Part shown: positions 43,301-57,000 of the stretch, in pieces
How positions within the stretch are numbered: the first letter of the stretch is position 1
Layout of the letters: each line of letters begins with the position of its first letter
Assembly: GCA_009103225.1 (NCBI GenBank)
Contig: RHPI01001442.1
Location: 62,001 to 126,000 of the forward strand
DNA from: Chlorokybus atmophyticus
Lineage: Eukaryota; Plantae; Mesostigma and Chlorokybus algae
Length of the DNA stretch: 64,000 nt
Direction of reading: 5' to 3'
Position numbers and translations under genes: made by a program
The notes under the pieces: generated by a model
Database searches by the model: none
Told to the model about the DNA's origin: nothing
The model's input: the letters and a program-made list of their open reading frames with translations, nothing else

Positions 43301-44759
43301 AACATACGCACTTACCCGCCTCTATCATATTGTCTACAAGGCTGCCTGCAGCAAACGTGTCTCCCACTTGCACCGATGCATGGATCAGGTTTACGTAGCA
43401 TGGGGCCGGGGGAGGTACACAACACTCCTGATGGTACCAACATGAATTAATAGTCAAAGTTACTGAAAGCCCTTTGCACAGAGTTAGTGTCATAAGCGGC
43501 TACAGGCAGAACTGCGCAAGTTACAAGTCAGCATGCACGTGTACTTGGTTGTGTCAAGGGCAGACTACACATGTGCGGGCATGCAAGCGGCCAGCATGTG
43601 CATGCTGTCTCACCTGCACGGCTTTGAAGATTGCCTGTGCACCCGCCAGTCTGCCTCTCTTGCCAAACTCAGCTATAGCGCCTGAATACGCATACTCGTT
43701 TGAACATGCTGCCAGGTACTCTAATGCTGCTGGCACATCGTTCGTTGCAGCGCAGGCTGCCAGAAATGGCTGCTTGTCAATGCACTTGCTGCAAAGTCAA
43801 ACGAAAACATTACGGAACGTGTATTGAAGTACAGAGGTTGATTGAGCACAGCTCCTTGCAGCAAGTTCGCAGTCATTCAGAAATATCTGGAGGCAGGCTC
43901 ATGGCCATAAAATGCAGTCAAGCAACCTGACCTTGCACGGACTTTGGTGTGCACACACAGCGCGAGCGCCTCTCCTGGCCTACCGGCCTTGACCAGTTCA
44001 GCACACAAGGGTGTCACCTCCGCGCGGGGAATGCTCACACCGGCTTCTGCACGTTTGTGTACGTCTTCTAGCTTGCAAAGGAGACACATGCTTGTTTAGA
44101 TCAAACGCGGTTGCAGCCATAAAGACATTTCAACTGCAGAAGTCGTGTTGCAACATGTGCACGTACTAACACAGCACACACACGAGGCATACTTTCCATG
44201 CTTCCATGCACACTGCAACTTTGATATACTTCGGTGTTGGCAGAAGGTAGTCATCAACGAACGCGAACATAGTGAACAGATGTGTGCAATCTGAACTGAC
44301 CTTGGCTGCGACAGCTGGAAGCAGTGCTAGACTGATAGTGTTAAGCTGTAGCTCTCTCCGCGCAGCGCCCCTTGCAGCGCTTCTGCTTGCTGTCAATTGG
44401 CAGCTTGCTAAATTGCAAAAAACGAAGCAAACAGCATAGTCAGCGGGAACAATCACCCATTTACAGCAGACTCAAGAGCTAATCTGGCACCCATTGACCA
44501 AGAATGCAAGCGTTGCTGACTTGGCCGTACAAGTAGCTGTCAGCATGGGAGTGACCAACAGCTGGTGACAATTGTGAACCCAGTCTAAGCGCTCACCTCC
44601 TGTGTTGCGCAATGCATGGACAGCCCCTCTCTCCGCCCACAGCCCAAGCTGGCTGCGTTTCGGCGTTTGTCGCCGGCTGCTGCGTCTGTGCAGCAGCGAC
44701 TCCACATCCGTCCAGCAAGCAGGGCCAGCAAGGCTACCAGACAAAAGCCGCAGCGCCAT
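40399..44759 (-). CDS. P-type pentatricopeptide repeat protein with C-terminal SMR domain, probably plastid-targeted
   Basis: Many PPR repeats across exons (YSGAIAEFGKRG, VKPDPITCSLLL, RDAYTYGELLGACAQEG, MPDVATLNSLL, LRPNAVTSNTVIRACVRHG, LAPNTATFESLIDAW). SMR domain: LIDLHGLNA|AEARAAVLSLL...LVIITGQGHKS...NIGRLVV. Putative transit peptide MALRLLSGSLAG at 44759 (start uncertain). Confidence 0.9.
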
Positions 44760-44975
44760 TGCTTACAATGTCCTCAGACAACCACCACACCCATTGCCTG
44801 GCCTGGTCTGTTCTACCAAGACAACAAGAGCAATTCTACCACAGCATGGGCTTTTATGCACAGCACCGTCGCCGCCTGGTCAAAACGCACAGCGGTAGGC
44901 CTGATTGAGGCATGCTCGCCTTGCTACTGCTAGCCGCCGCCGCCGCTCACAGCACATCTTGCAGCCACTGTGTGC

Positions 44976-46603
44976 ATGGCAAAGTCCAGTCCAGCTGCAA
45001 TTATCCGTAAGCATGTCCTCAAGAGCAGCATGTAACAAGTTGTTCTCTCCCTAGCTGCAGCACGCTATGCTGGCGGCGGTGAAGGTGCGTCGTGGTCTGC
45101 CGCTGCTGTAAGGCTCGGCCTGGATTGCTCGCGGCGAAGTGTCCCCTGCAACGCCTGGATACCACAGTCACCTCCTCCTCCTCCTGCTTGCAAGGTACGC
45201 TCCAAAACAGTGTGCGACATGACACATGCAAGTACATACATGCTGACAATATATATACAAGTGAAAGCACATGGATGTAATTGCGCAACTCATTATCTGT
45301 ATTCAGAGGGTGCATTGCTGATTGGTTCCCTGACTTCTAGCATGTCTCACTGCTGCTGTGCATGGCCAATGTCATCTTTTGGTTGCGTGGGTTTCACCTG
45401 TTATGTAGCAACAACACAATGCATTGCTTGCCTTTTGCAATCATGCAACGGGTAGCGCAGCCACGCACATGTCCAATGCTGTGAATAGAACCATGCATGA
45501 CCCAGGCGCTTCCCAAGATTGCCATCAGTGGGATGTGTCTAACTTGCCTTAGGCATGTCTTGTGGTTGTTTGGTAATGCCAACCCGTGGTTGTTGGGTGT
45601 GTTGTTCGATCCAGTTGAGCACAGACGATAGTTCAGTGGCGACACTATGCTCACAGCAGCATCATCCAAAAGTGAGATCAGTCCTCCATCGGCGTTCCAG
45701 CTGATATCGCCGCACCTCAGTTAATAGCGCTATCAGGATTGGCGATCTCGAGTCCATATGGAACACACCCACAATGACACTGTAAAGGTAAGGAGAAGTG
45801 TTGGTGTGTGCACGTGTGCGCGTGTGTGCGAGTGCACGTGTGCGCAAGTGCCTGTTGGGGTGCATGTGTGTGCATGTGTGCGTGCGCATATGGTGTGGGG
45901 GTGTGGGTTGTGCACGTGCGCACCTGTGTACGTGGTCATGCGCTATATTTATACGTGTGTATGTGACATGACTAACCAACAGCCAGGAGGAAAGCGTTGA
46001 CGACTCCCATCATCCCCAACTTCGAGGCCACGTTGGCGCGTATCCATTCCAGAGAGGTTCTGCAGGTTCTGCAACGTTGATATTCGCAATGCCGGGGGGA
46101 ACATCTTCATAGAAAGATTGTTGAGGGAGCAGTCAGAATACCAACAAGTCAACAAACTCCTCAAGAAGTGTTCAAGGCGGAGGCAAAAGCAAGCTCGGGC
46201 AGATAACAGGGGCAGAGAGCTCGCAATAGACACAGATGCGGGCGATATCATGGCGGGTCATATTGCAGCAGAGACCAGAACAATCTGCCATTGGGATGAT
46301 ATCAAAGTTCAGAAGCTGGTATTAACCTCGCTGTCCCTTAATGCAAGTGGGCGCACTGATATTAATGTCTTGTATGCGGACAAGTGCAGTTTAACAAGCA
46401 TCGGTGGTATCCGCCAGGTTCTTGGCACCGCCAAGTTCGACTCTAATTTGAGCGTGGCGCATTTGTTCACATGTACTGGCGATGTCAGCATAGATGACCT
46501 CCAAGCTTATAACTGCGTGCGTGTGCGCATAATACGCATGCGTATACACGCACACACGCACGTCTTTAAACAGACAAAGCTGGAAAGAAGCTCTGGAAAG
46601 TGA
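44976..46603 (+). CDS. Possible hypothetical gene divergent from the PPR-SMR gene
   Basis: Exons 44976-45006 and 45055-45194 join in phase at GT-AG sites (MAKSSPAAII|PAARYAGGGEG...PPPPPACK). A 161-aa + ORF lies at 46118-46603. No recognisable domain; downstream exon structure unresolved. Confidence 0.25.
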
Positions 46604-49600
46604 GATGCAAAGAGGTGATGGTGGTGTGAATGCATCAGCATCATCACAACAAGCTGAGGCGAAAACATGTTGTGTTGCGCTCGATGCAGCCAGATGATAA
46701 GTCGGGCTCTGTGATAAACAAGCGTGTGCACGCACGCACGCATGCGCGCACACAAACACACAAGCACAAATAGACACGTGTTACATCAGTGGCCCCACAT
46801 CCCGCAGTTATGTAGAGTAGGCTGCTACCACCCGCCTTGTGCGCGATACTTACTTCAATTGTTAAACACACTGTGTGGTGAGATGACTTCATTTGCACGT
46901 GTGTCATGCATGCCACAATTCTTGCATCGCGGGTTTAATACACTGTCAACAAAGATTGGCAAGAGTCAATAGATTGTGGGGTCACGCCACCATGTGGGGA
47001 CAAAGTGCGCCATGCGTGTGGCACGATGAAATGCTTCCCCCTTCGTCACAACAACTTGGACTTGTTTCTGTCTTCCGCCTCGCGCTCTTTTCTCCTCCGC
47101 TGCGCCTCCTCCACAATCTCACGCAACCTGGCTATCACCCTGTTGGCCCTGCGCAAGACAGATGGAAGGCGCTTAGGTGACGTGAGCGAGTTATAGTACA
47201 TGTATGTGGGTGAACGGGTGCGTGTCAGCGTGCTTGCGACCGTGTGTAGGCCCTTATGCGTGCGCGTGTGGGAGCGCGCATGCTGTTACCTACGTGCCGA
47301 CTGTCCAGATACCGCACACATACTACATCTTGTCACTTACTCGTGGAGGTTCATATCGTTGACGCGTATCTGCTCGTTGAGCATGCGTATCTCCGCCTGG
47401 TGCTTGCGTGCGAGGAAACCCCTCACAACCGCCTGCAGACGGATCGTCGCCGCCGCGTACGCAGCGTTCAACTTCCGCTCCACGCTCGTGTCCAACGTGG
47501 CCCTGTCATCGCACGCAGTGAGAAAGGTGTACACCTAGTCTCTGCGTGCGTGCCTGTGTGTGTATGACATGTTTGCGTGTGTGCACAAGCTCGCGTGGAT
47601 GGGCTGGTGCATATGTGTCTTTGCGTGCGCACACACGCATGCATGGGCACACATGCGTAGCTGCATGCGTGTGCATGTGTGTGTGTCGGACAGCGTGTGT
47701 CTCTCTCCTTGCCTGTCAAAGAGGACCGCGTACGTGCGGTTGATGCGTGTGGCGCGTGTGGCCCGCACGCGCTCCAGCTGCCTCTCCACCTTGTACGCGA
47801 CTTCCTCGGGGAGATCCAGCAGCGATGTGGAGAGGGAACAGAGAGGTAAAGGTCAAGGATACACAGCAACAACAACATGATGGTGAGCGATTGGTGTGAT
47901 GGTTGGTGTGTTGGGTTTGGGCAATGTGTTGGGGAGGATATGTTTGGCCGTAGGCGTGGCGGCAGAGGAGGAGGAGGACGTCGACGAAGAAGACGCCGTT
48001 CTTGTGCACGGGCAGCGTGTGAATGAAGCGGATCATCTTGCCACGCGAGCGCTTTACGCTCTCTGCTCACGACCACGTCATTCAATATCATACGCACATG
48101 GGCGCCCACACGTGTGCGTGTGCGTATGACATACCTATCTGCAGAGTTACAAGTGCACGTAGGCACGCACGCACTGCACACGCACAGTGTACTGCCTTTG
48201 CACTCAACCACGGTGCACGCATAGCTTGCCTGGGGGGCCCAAAGGCGGCGGGAGGGCCTTCAACAGACTCTCCAATTGGGTCTGTCGATGGGGAGACAAC
48301 ATATGTGTAAGATGATACACAGATGCGTATAATATACAAAGAGGGTTGCATTCACTGGATGAAGCTTTTAGTTGCATGCGCTTACCGCAGGGATGAAGTT
48401 GGTGCCTTTAGGGTCGAACTCTTGCCACACCCTCATGTAACTAGCAGACGGCGGGTTGGTGTTTGTGAGCATGGGTGGGTGGCATGAGAACAAAATAGAC
48501 CCAACAAACATACGCACGCACACGTACCTGTCGACGTCTTTGTCTGGCACGCGCACGCGGTCCATGTCGCTCTTGGTCTCGTCGAAGCTCTCCAGAATGA
48601 CGGCGATGAACATGTTGAGGAAGATGAACTGGCCCAACACCTGCATGTTGTGATATATGTTTCAACATCATGTTGTGTTTTGTGTCGGCAGTGACAAGTC
48701 CACACGCACGCTGAAGCTGAGGAAGTAGAGTGGCGCGAGCCTCGACCCGCACGAGCGCGTGGCCTTGCAGTCGCCGTCCGTACGCATGCACGCGTACATC
48801 AGCTGATCCCAACTCTCACCAGTCGACATCCTGAAATCGAGAACACGTATATGTGTATGTGCATGCTTGTGCATCTGCCCATATGTGTGTATATGTGCGT
48901 GTGTACGTGTGCTTACATAGGCGCGCGTACACGCACTCATGTACACACGTGTGGGTGCGTACGTGCGTGAGCATGCGAGTAGTTGTGTGCGTGTCTCGGC
49001 ATATGTCAGTTGGTGCGTGTGCGTGTGTCTGAGACCTGAAGAGCGTGAGTATGGCGATGCCAAAGTTCTTGAAGTTTGCGTGTCTGTCTAGCGGGTCGTT
49101 GAATCCCACGCGTCCGAAAAACGCCACGCCCATGACCGCGTACACGAAGAACAGCACGAAGAGGAGGATCGCCACGTTGAACATCGACGGGAACGCCTTG
49201 CTGCGTGCGAGTGAGTGAGTGAGAGAGTGAGCGAATGAGGATGAGACCCAACATGCGGTGCGATGTGTGCGTACGCGAGGGTGAGGAGGAGGACTTTGAG
49301 GTGGTGGAAGTAAGAGACCACGCGGACTAAGCGGGCCACGCGAGCCACGCGGAGCACGTTGGCGCCGCCTTGCAAACCCAGAGCGATGCCTGTAAGGAGA
49401 CAATGAAGGTCACACCGTATGCCAACATGTTGGGTGTGCCCTGTGTGACATGTGTGCCACATGCGCAGTGGCGTGTGGAAGCAGGTGAGCGTATGTGTGA
49501 AGTGCGTCGCATGCGAGTGTTTGCTTGCGTACCAGCGCCTCTGTGACATGCGTAAGCTTGCGCATGCACTTGTGTGCATATGCGTGTGGGTGTATGCGCA

Positions 49601-52600
49601 TCCCCCCACCCACCCATGATCGAGATGGTCACCAGGAAGAAGTCATACACCCTCCACCCGCTCGCAAAGAACCTCGCGGGTCCCAGCGCCACGACCTTCA
49701 CGACCAGTTCCACCGCGAAGGCCACCGTGAAGAACGTGTCCGCCCCGTCCAGGAACCTCCTGTACTTCTCGGGCTCGTGCATCCCGCGCGTGCACATCAG
49801 CGCGGCATTGACGAGGATGAGGGAGATGGTGAAGCCTTTGAACAGGCGGGACATGGCGACGTCGAAGAGGAAGGCGCGGAAGGGGGAGCGAGGACGCTGG
49901 CGTTTCGGGCGGGCGGATTTCTTGAAGAGCTGGTGCTGGACGTGTGTTGGGAGAGGAGAGGTTAAGGAGGAGACACACACGCACGCACGCACGCACGCAC
50001 GTACACATGCATGTGTGCACGCGTGTGTTGTAGGCATGCAATATACGTTTGTGCGCGAGTGCGCGTGTGTGCGGTTGTATGCATGTGCAAGTGCGGGTCT
50101 GTGCGTGCGTGCGTGCATGCACGTGAGCAAGCGCAAGTGTGTGATACACACAATGCACAGCGCAGGCCAGTCAACCACACACGCACATGCTCGCACGCGC
50201 ACGTGTTATGTATACGCAGACACGCAAGCATGTGTGTGTGCGCGCGTGTGCGTGTTATAGTAGTACGCGTGTGCGATGCACTTGTGTTGTTGGTTTGGAT
50301 ATCAAGCCACTGCTTCTGTCTGGCCGTGAGGAACACCGACGCGATGGACGTCTGCGCCTTGAGCGTCACGAACGAGTCGACCATGATGCCGATGAACATG
50401 TTGAAGAGGAGCAGGTTGGACACCAGCATGAACACGATGAAGAAGAGGGCCATGGAGGGGTTGGCGCCTTGGACGCAGTTGTCCGTGTTCTGGTTGGGAC
50501 ACAAACACACATACACACACGCAGAGTCAGTCAGTCGCTGATGTGTGAGTCGACAGTGGTAGTCAAGTCAAGACGTCTTGTTGGAAGGCAGCATCAGTGT
50601 TGGATGGTCTTACGCTGTTCTTCTGGCTGCAGTCGATGCCAAAGTACATCACCTGCCACAACCAACCAACAACAGTGTTGAGTCAATGTGTGCATGTCTA
50701 AGCGCATGTGTGTATGTGGGTGTGCACACGCGCGTGCGCGTGTGCGTGCATGCGCGCGCGTGTGTATGTGTACGTGCGTGCGTGCGTGCGCATGTGAATA
50801 TGTGCATGTGTAGCATGATGTAGGTATCTCTGTTCTGTCTCCTACCAGTTCCCAGTTCTCCTGCGTCGTCATCGAGAACAAGCTCACGATGCTCCTCAGT
50901 ATGTTATCGAAGTTTGGATCCGCCCGCGTCCACGTGTACCCCGCGGCCAGACACGCGTCCTTGTTGGGGATCGCCTCGCCGCCGTACAACGGAGCTGCGG
51001 GATCGCTTGAAGCGTCGCAGTAGTAGAAGGAACCTGTGTGTGTGTGTATGTGGGTGGGTGGATGTGGGAGTGGGTGTGGGTGTGGTGTATACAGAGAACA
51101 TGTGTGCGCATGTGTGCTTATGGAGCATGTGGGTGTGTGCATGAGCGCGTGTATGTGTGATACACACACTACATATGCATGCATGTGCTTGTCCAGAATG
51201 CTGTGCATGTGCGTGTGCGTGTTCGTGTGTTTGATAGAAGCTTTCTGACTGACCCAAGAACAGTTGCATGCCGATGATGCTGTAGGCTATCCAGAAGATG
51301 GTCGTCATGAAGACGAGGTTGGCGGCCGCGGGGAACGAGAGCACCAAGGCTTCAATCACCACCTGCATGAGAGACACACATTCGTATGTGTGCTGTGATA
51401 CAAGGACTGCACTGCTTAGACCAAGCCATGCGCTTGAGTGCATGTCTGCGTGTGATGTGTTTGTACGTGTGCATGTGCATATGTGCGCGAGTGTCTGCAT
51501 GTAGTTACTTATGTGCATACGCAGAATTGTGGGTATATGCGCATGCGCGTGCGCGTGTGCCTGTGAGTGTGAGTGTGAGTGTGCCTGTGCATGTATGCAT
51601 GTGCATAGTGCGAGTGATGGACAGACATTGTGTGTAAGAGCGTGCACACGCATGCATGTGTTGGCACGTGTATATGTGTCTTGCCTTTGCTTCAGAGAAT
51701 CTTGGTATGAGTCTCAGCGGCCTGAACACTCTTACGACCCTCAGCGCGGACAGACCCGGCACCCCTCGTATGTGGTCGAGGATGAGACCGATGAGCGACA
51801 CCAGCACGATGACCATGTCCATCACGTTCCACGCGTCGCGACGGTAGTTGGTGAAACCGAACGCGAGCATCTTGACGCACATCTCGACGAAGAAGATGGA
51901 GACGAAGAGGAAGTCGAAGATACCCAACAACTGGGCACACACGCACGCAGACACACAAGGGCATTACAGCAAGAAGTAGAGGAGCAGCAGCAGCAGCAGC
52001 AACAACGACGATGACGACGACGACGACAACCAGCACAACCAGAACACCAACACAACCATCACCAGCCATCCACGCACAGACAATGACACCACCACCACCA
52101 CCAATACCATAATAAAGCATCACCGACACACCCGTACCACCAACAAAACCATAACAACTTGAACGACACCCTCCCCGCACTCACTGTGTGTAGTTTGGAG
52201 GCGCTGTCCTGTACGGTCGGGCTGTCGACCGCGAGCAGTATCGACGACGCAACCACCATGGTGATGATGAACGACTCGAACACGCTGGACTTGACCACAA
52301 CACAAAGCCTCAACCTGAACCCTGTCAGCCAACGCCTGTCCACACCATCACCGGACCCACTCTCCTCTCCGCGATGGTGATCATGTTGTGACGGTTGTTC
52401 TCCCTGTTGTGCTGGATGTGGTTGTGGTTGTGATTGTGATTGTTGTGGCGGATGGGTTCCGGCGGTCCCTCCGTCGGTTGGCACAGCGGCGTCTGCTTTG
52501 CTGCTCCTTCTGCTTGTCGTGTTGCTGTCGGTGTTGAGGTCCAACTTGGTGTGGCTCTTGGCCTCCGCCACCACTTGGTCCCACGCAGGCAGCTGGACAT

Positions 52601-54044
52601 CAGCCTCCTGTGGTGTCAACACAACAACATGAGTAACTGTGACTGCGTGTGGGTGCGCGTGTGCATACATGCATTGGGATACAACAACGACACGTTGTTG
52701 TCGTGTCCTCACCGCGCTGGAGGCCAGCTGCGCTATGTTGTGTACGGCGAGCTCGCTCGTGGCTTGCGCCAGCCCCTGCAGATGCTTCAGCGCGTGCGGG
52801 TCCTAAACAAGAATGCAGTGACTGAGTGAGTGAGTGAGTGAGATACATCAATTCCACGCACACACACTTACCTTCTGTTCCGCTGCGAGCGCCGCCACCG
52901 CCCGTTGCAAGTCCCTCTCCAGCCTCGCGTCCACGCTCCCGAACGACGAGACGCTCCGGCTGTCGTCGTCGTCGCTGGCGTCGTTGTCGGGGTCGTCCTC
53001 TTCTTGGGAGGCGAAGGAGGCGAGGAGCATAGCGAGGAAGACGTTCACGGTGAAATCTGCGGGGGAGGAGTGTGGGTGGGTGGGTGGGTGGGTGCGTGCG
53101 TGTTGGGATAAAGTGTTGTGTCATCCCCACGTACATGCGCCGATGAGCACCGCCAGTATCCAGTATATGACCGACTTGGTCCCCGCGAAGTGCATCCCGT
53201 CGAACATCAGCGAGTCCCAGTTGTCACCCGTAAACACCTGATGACACACACGCCCCATCATCACCCACCCACCACCACCAGCACCACCACCACAACAACA
53301 ACATCAACAGCTTGCCTGGAAGACAGTGAGCATGGCTGAGCCGAAGTTGTTGAACGAGTTGCGCGGGCTCATGGCGGCGGAGAAGTCGTACATGCCGCCG
53401 AAGATCTGCATGCCGGAGAGGCTGAATATCACCACCATAAGAAACTGCCCACACACGCACGAAGTTAGTTTGGGTTGTGATGTTGGGTGTTGAGTGTTGA
53501 GTTGTGGGTGTGATGGTGGTTGTATTCACCAGGAAGAACATGAACTCCGCCAGGCCCTTGAGCATGTCGGCCACGAGGGCGAAGAACTTGCGAAGACGCC
53601 TCCAAGACCTGGGAGACATGCGTGTGCGTGTGCGTACATGTGTGCATGGTCGTCTGCAAGTGTGTGATTGCGCATGCGTGTGTGCTTATGTGCCTGTGTG
53701 TTCACCTGACCACTTTGAGTATTCTGAGTATGCGGAACACCCTCAGCGCCGTGAACGATCTGCCAAAGTTGATGAATTGAAGGGCGCTGCTCGCCACCAC
53801 GATCGCATCAAACAGGTTCCATCTACACGGCTTCGTCCAGTTAGTGCTGATACTCGACCAGTGCAGTTGTGAGATGAAAGCACAACACTTTGAGAAAACA
53901 ACACAACACAACACAACTCACTTGTCGGCCCACCAGCGCTTGAAGCCGAGGACGGTCAGGCGCACGAGGGCCTCGATGGCGAAGAACACCAGGAAAGCGT
54001 TGTTGAACATGTCTGAACAAAGATAGCAATGTTTGCGTTGATAC

Positions 54045-54081
<37 letters not shown>

Positions 54082-54320
54082 CACATCTCCCCTCCTTACT
54101 TAGTACATGCGCGTATCGCGTGCTCATCCCGTCGTACGCGACCGCCAGCACGAGCGTGTTGATCCCGATGACGACCGTCACGACCGTCTCGGCGCGGGGA
54201 CTGATTACGTACGGCTCGGCGCGGCGCTGGAAACGCCGATACAAACTCGAACCCATGTCCACCAAACTGGTAGATTGGACACAGTAACAGTACTCAGCAT
54301 GATGTTGCCTCTGGAGCATG

Positions 54321-54355
<35 letters not shown>

Positions 54356-54650
54356 CTTACCTGTTGACTCTCAGCAGCTGCGGTCCCGCGTGCTTGTGGT
54401 CGCTCGTGTGCGGTCCGTACAGGAACGTCTTGATGGTGCGGAAGTAGTCCCGCAGCCGCGGGAACTCCCACTCGAAGAGGCGGCCGGCCTGGGAGGCGCG
54501 GGAGGCGGCGTCGGCGGCAAGGAGTCTCTTCTGCTCCAGCAACTGGGGAGAGGAGAAGAGTGAGCCAGTTGTCGTGAATTGTGTTGGGTGTTGGTTGTGG
54601 ATGTGTGGGTGGGTAGGTGGATGGGCGCGATGTGTGTGCGCGAGCGTGCA

Positions 54651-54681
<31 letters not shown>

Positions 54682-55454
54682 GCATGTTTGCATGCGCGCG
54701 TGCGCACGCAAGCATCACACAAGGAGACATGCACGATCGCGCACAAACACACATGCGTGCACACAAGTGCATGTCGCCTTGTGTGCATGCCCTCAAGTGC
54801 GCGTTCATGCATGTGCGCGCGTGCGCGTTCATGCATGTGCGCGCGCGCGCGTGTCTGCGGGCTTGTGCGTGTGTGTATGGGTGTCTCTTTATGTCTTACT
54901 GAGCGGGTAAACACTTCTGTCATGACTGCCGTGACGAGGTTGAGCACGACAAACGCCCCGAAGAACACCACGATGACGAAGTAGATCGCCGCCCAGCCCA
55001 CCGTTGCATCTTGAGCCTGAGCATTGATGCTGTGTGTCAACACACACGCACATCCACACGCGCGCACGCGCATGCACACAGCCTACCTTATACATCAAGT
55101 CGGTCCACCCGGACAGCGTTACAAGCTGGAATATGACCAGAAACGCCGAGAGCAGGTTGTCAAAGTTGGTGATACCTGCAATACGACCACACGTCACCAC
55201 CACCAACACTCCCTCGTCATCCCAACGTAACGTGCGTGCATCCATGACGCGTCTTACCAAAGTTGGGGTTGTCGAACCCGCGCACGCATGAGACCGTCTC
55301 GTTGCTGCTGTCGACGGGGCCGGTCGGGCACGTGTAGCCGCCCCACACGGTGAGGTTCACACGCGTGCAGAGCTGGGGTTGGTACGGGAGATAAAAGGTG
55401 AGATACACACCGAGACGAAGAAGTTGCAAGGAGCTGCACACATATCCACACATG

Positions 55455-55486
<32 letters not shown>

Positions 55487-57000
55487 TAGTGCTCACCTGG
55501 CCCGAGTCATCATACGCCGTGCCATTTGCTGTTTCGGGTGAAAAAGTCAACAAGACGCAAGATGTACTAAAATCAATGCACACACAACAAACAAAGTATA
55601 TATACAGCTTACCAAAGGCGCACTGTTGGCCGTAAGTGCCAGAGAACAGCTGCAGAGCATTGGCATAGCGTTAGCACGTTAAGCATCTCGACTGAAGCGA
55701 GCATGCAACCCACACAACATAACAACATTGTGCTGTGTGGACTCTCACTCTCTCACCTGCACGCCGACCACGCCGAAGATGACGAACACGAAAAACGCCA
55801 GCACGAACACGTGCAGCACCTCCTTGGCCGCAAGGATGGCGTTGTGCACCATCAGCTTGATGCCTGGCCAAGGAAAAATCGTGTAGTGAGAAAGGTGGAT
55901 GAGTAACCAGAGACACGCACACGCACAGGCACAGGCACGCATGTGTGGGTATGTGTACCCGGGAAGGCTGTGAGTGCCCTGAGCGTGCGCAGTATGCGGA
56001 AGATACGGATCGCCGAGGACGTGGAGTTGCGCCGCACCGCCGTGAACGCGATCACCAACCACCTTCACATGGACAACATTGACATTGATGTGTGTGTGCG
56101 TGCGGGTAGGTGGGGGTGGGGGTGGGGGTGTACCCTGTGATGACGACGATGGTGTCGAGTATGTGCCATCGGTTGGCCACGTACGTGCGGGGTCCCAGTG
56201 CCAGCAGCTTCAGGGCCATCTCGCCCGTGTAGATGACAGTGAAGAACAACTCTGAACACACACACACAACACGTGTCATCGCGTGAGTCAGTGAGTGAGA
56301 GTGAGTGAGTTGGTTGAGTTAGTTGACTGTGTGTGTGCGCGCGTGCGGGCGCAGATGGCCGTGTCTGCAAGTGCGCATGCGTGTGGGCGGGCGTGTGTGC
56401 GCGTGTGCGTGCGTGTGTGCGTGTGTGTGTGTGTGCCTCAAGCATTGACCTGCCCAGCGCAGGAGCTGGTTTCGAAAGGAGGTCTCGGGTTGCGTGGGGG
56501 CGTACATAGCGAGAAACACACAGTTCAACTGTGTTCCACACAAATGAGCAAACACGCAGAGTACAAGTCAGCAACTACAAGTCTTCAAGGCTCCTAGAAA
56601 GCTCACTTCTCACATGTGCAGAGAGAAGAGATACTCTCTCTCAGCCACTCACCGTGACAGAGACTGCGATGAAGAACATGAAGCGCCTGCAACAGAATAC
56701 GGTTGTGTGTTTGTACGCATGCGTGTGGGTGAGAGCGTGGGCATGTGTGTGCATGAGTATATGTATCAGCATGTGCATGCGTGCGCCACACTGCACGTGC
56801 ATGAGGTGCTTGTGCATATGCATATGATTTGTGGGCCAAGCCAAGCGCAAGTAAAATGTGTGCATGCAGGCGTCCGCGCAGACACTCACTTCCTCAGAAC
56901 CATGTTTATAGGGAATCGCCTCAGCACGTGATCGCGAGGCAGCCCGAACGCGTATTCGGGAGGCACATCTTCAAACCCCTGTTGTTGTTGTTGTTGTTGT
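45720..57000. repeat. Dense intronic (CA/TG)n and mixed alternating purine-pyrimidine (CACG/TGCA/GCGC) simple repeats
   Basis: Near-perfect (CA)n at about 54046-54078, 54323-54352, 54653-54680 and 55465-55486. Most introns of the channel gene are degenerate RY tracts (e.g. 49975-50270, 50700-50810, 54640-54880). Confidence 0.9.

Noticed and set aside
46391-46520. Minus-strand frame VISLEVIYADIASTCEQMRHAQIRVELGG as a possible extra channel C-terminal exon
   Set aside because: The channel already terminates in phase at 47046. This would need alternative splicing, for which there is no evidence in the sequence.
47468-56889. Numerous His/Thr/Ala- or Cys/Val-rich ORFs (HTHTHA, CVCVCV) on both strands
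   Set aside because: These are stop-free readings of (CA/TG)n intronic repeats or antisense frames of channel exons.
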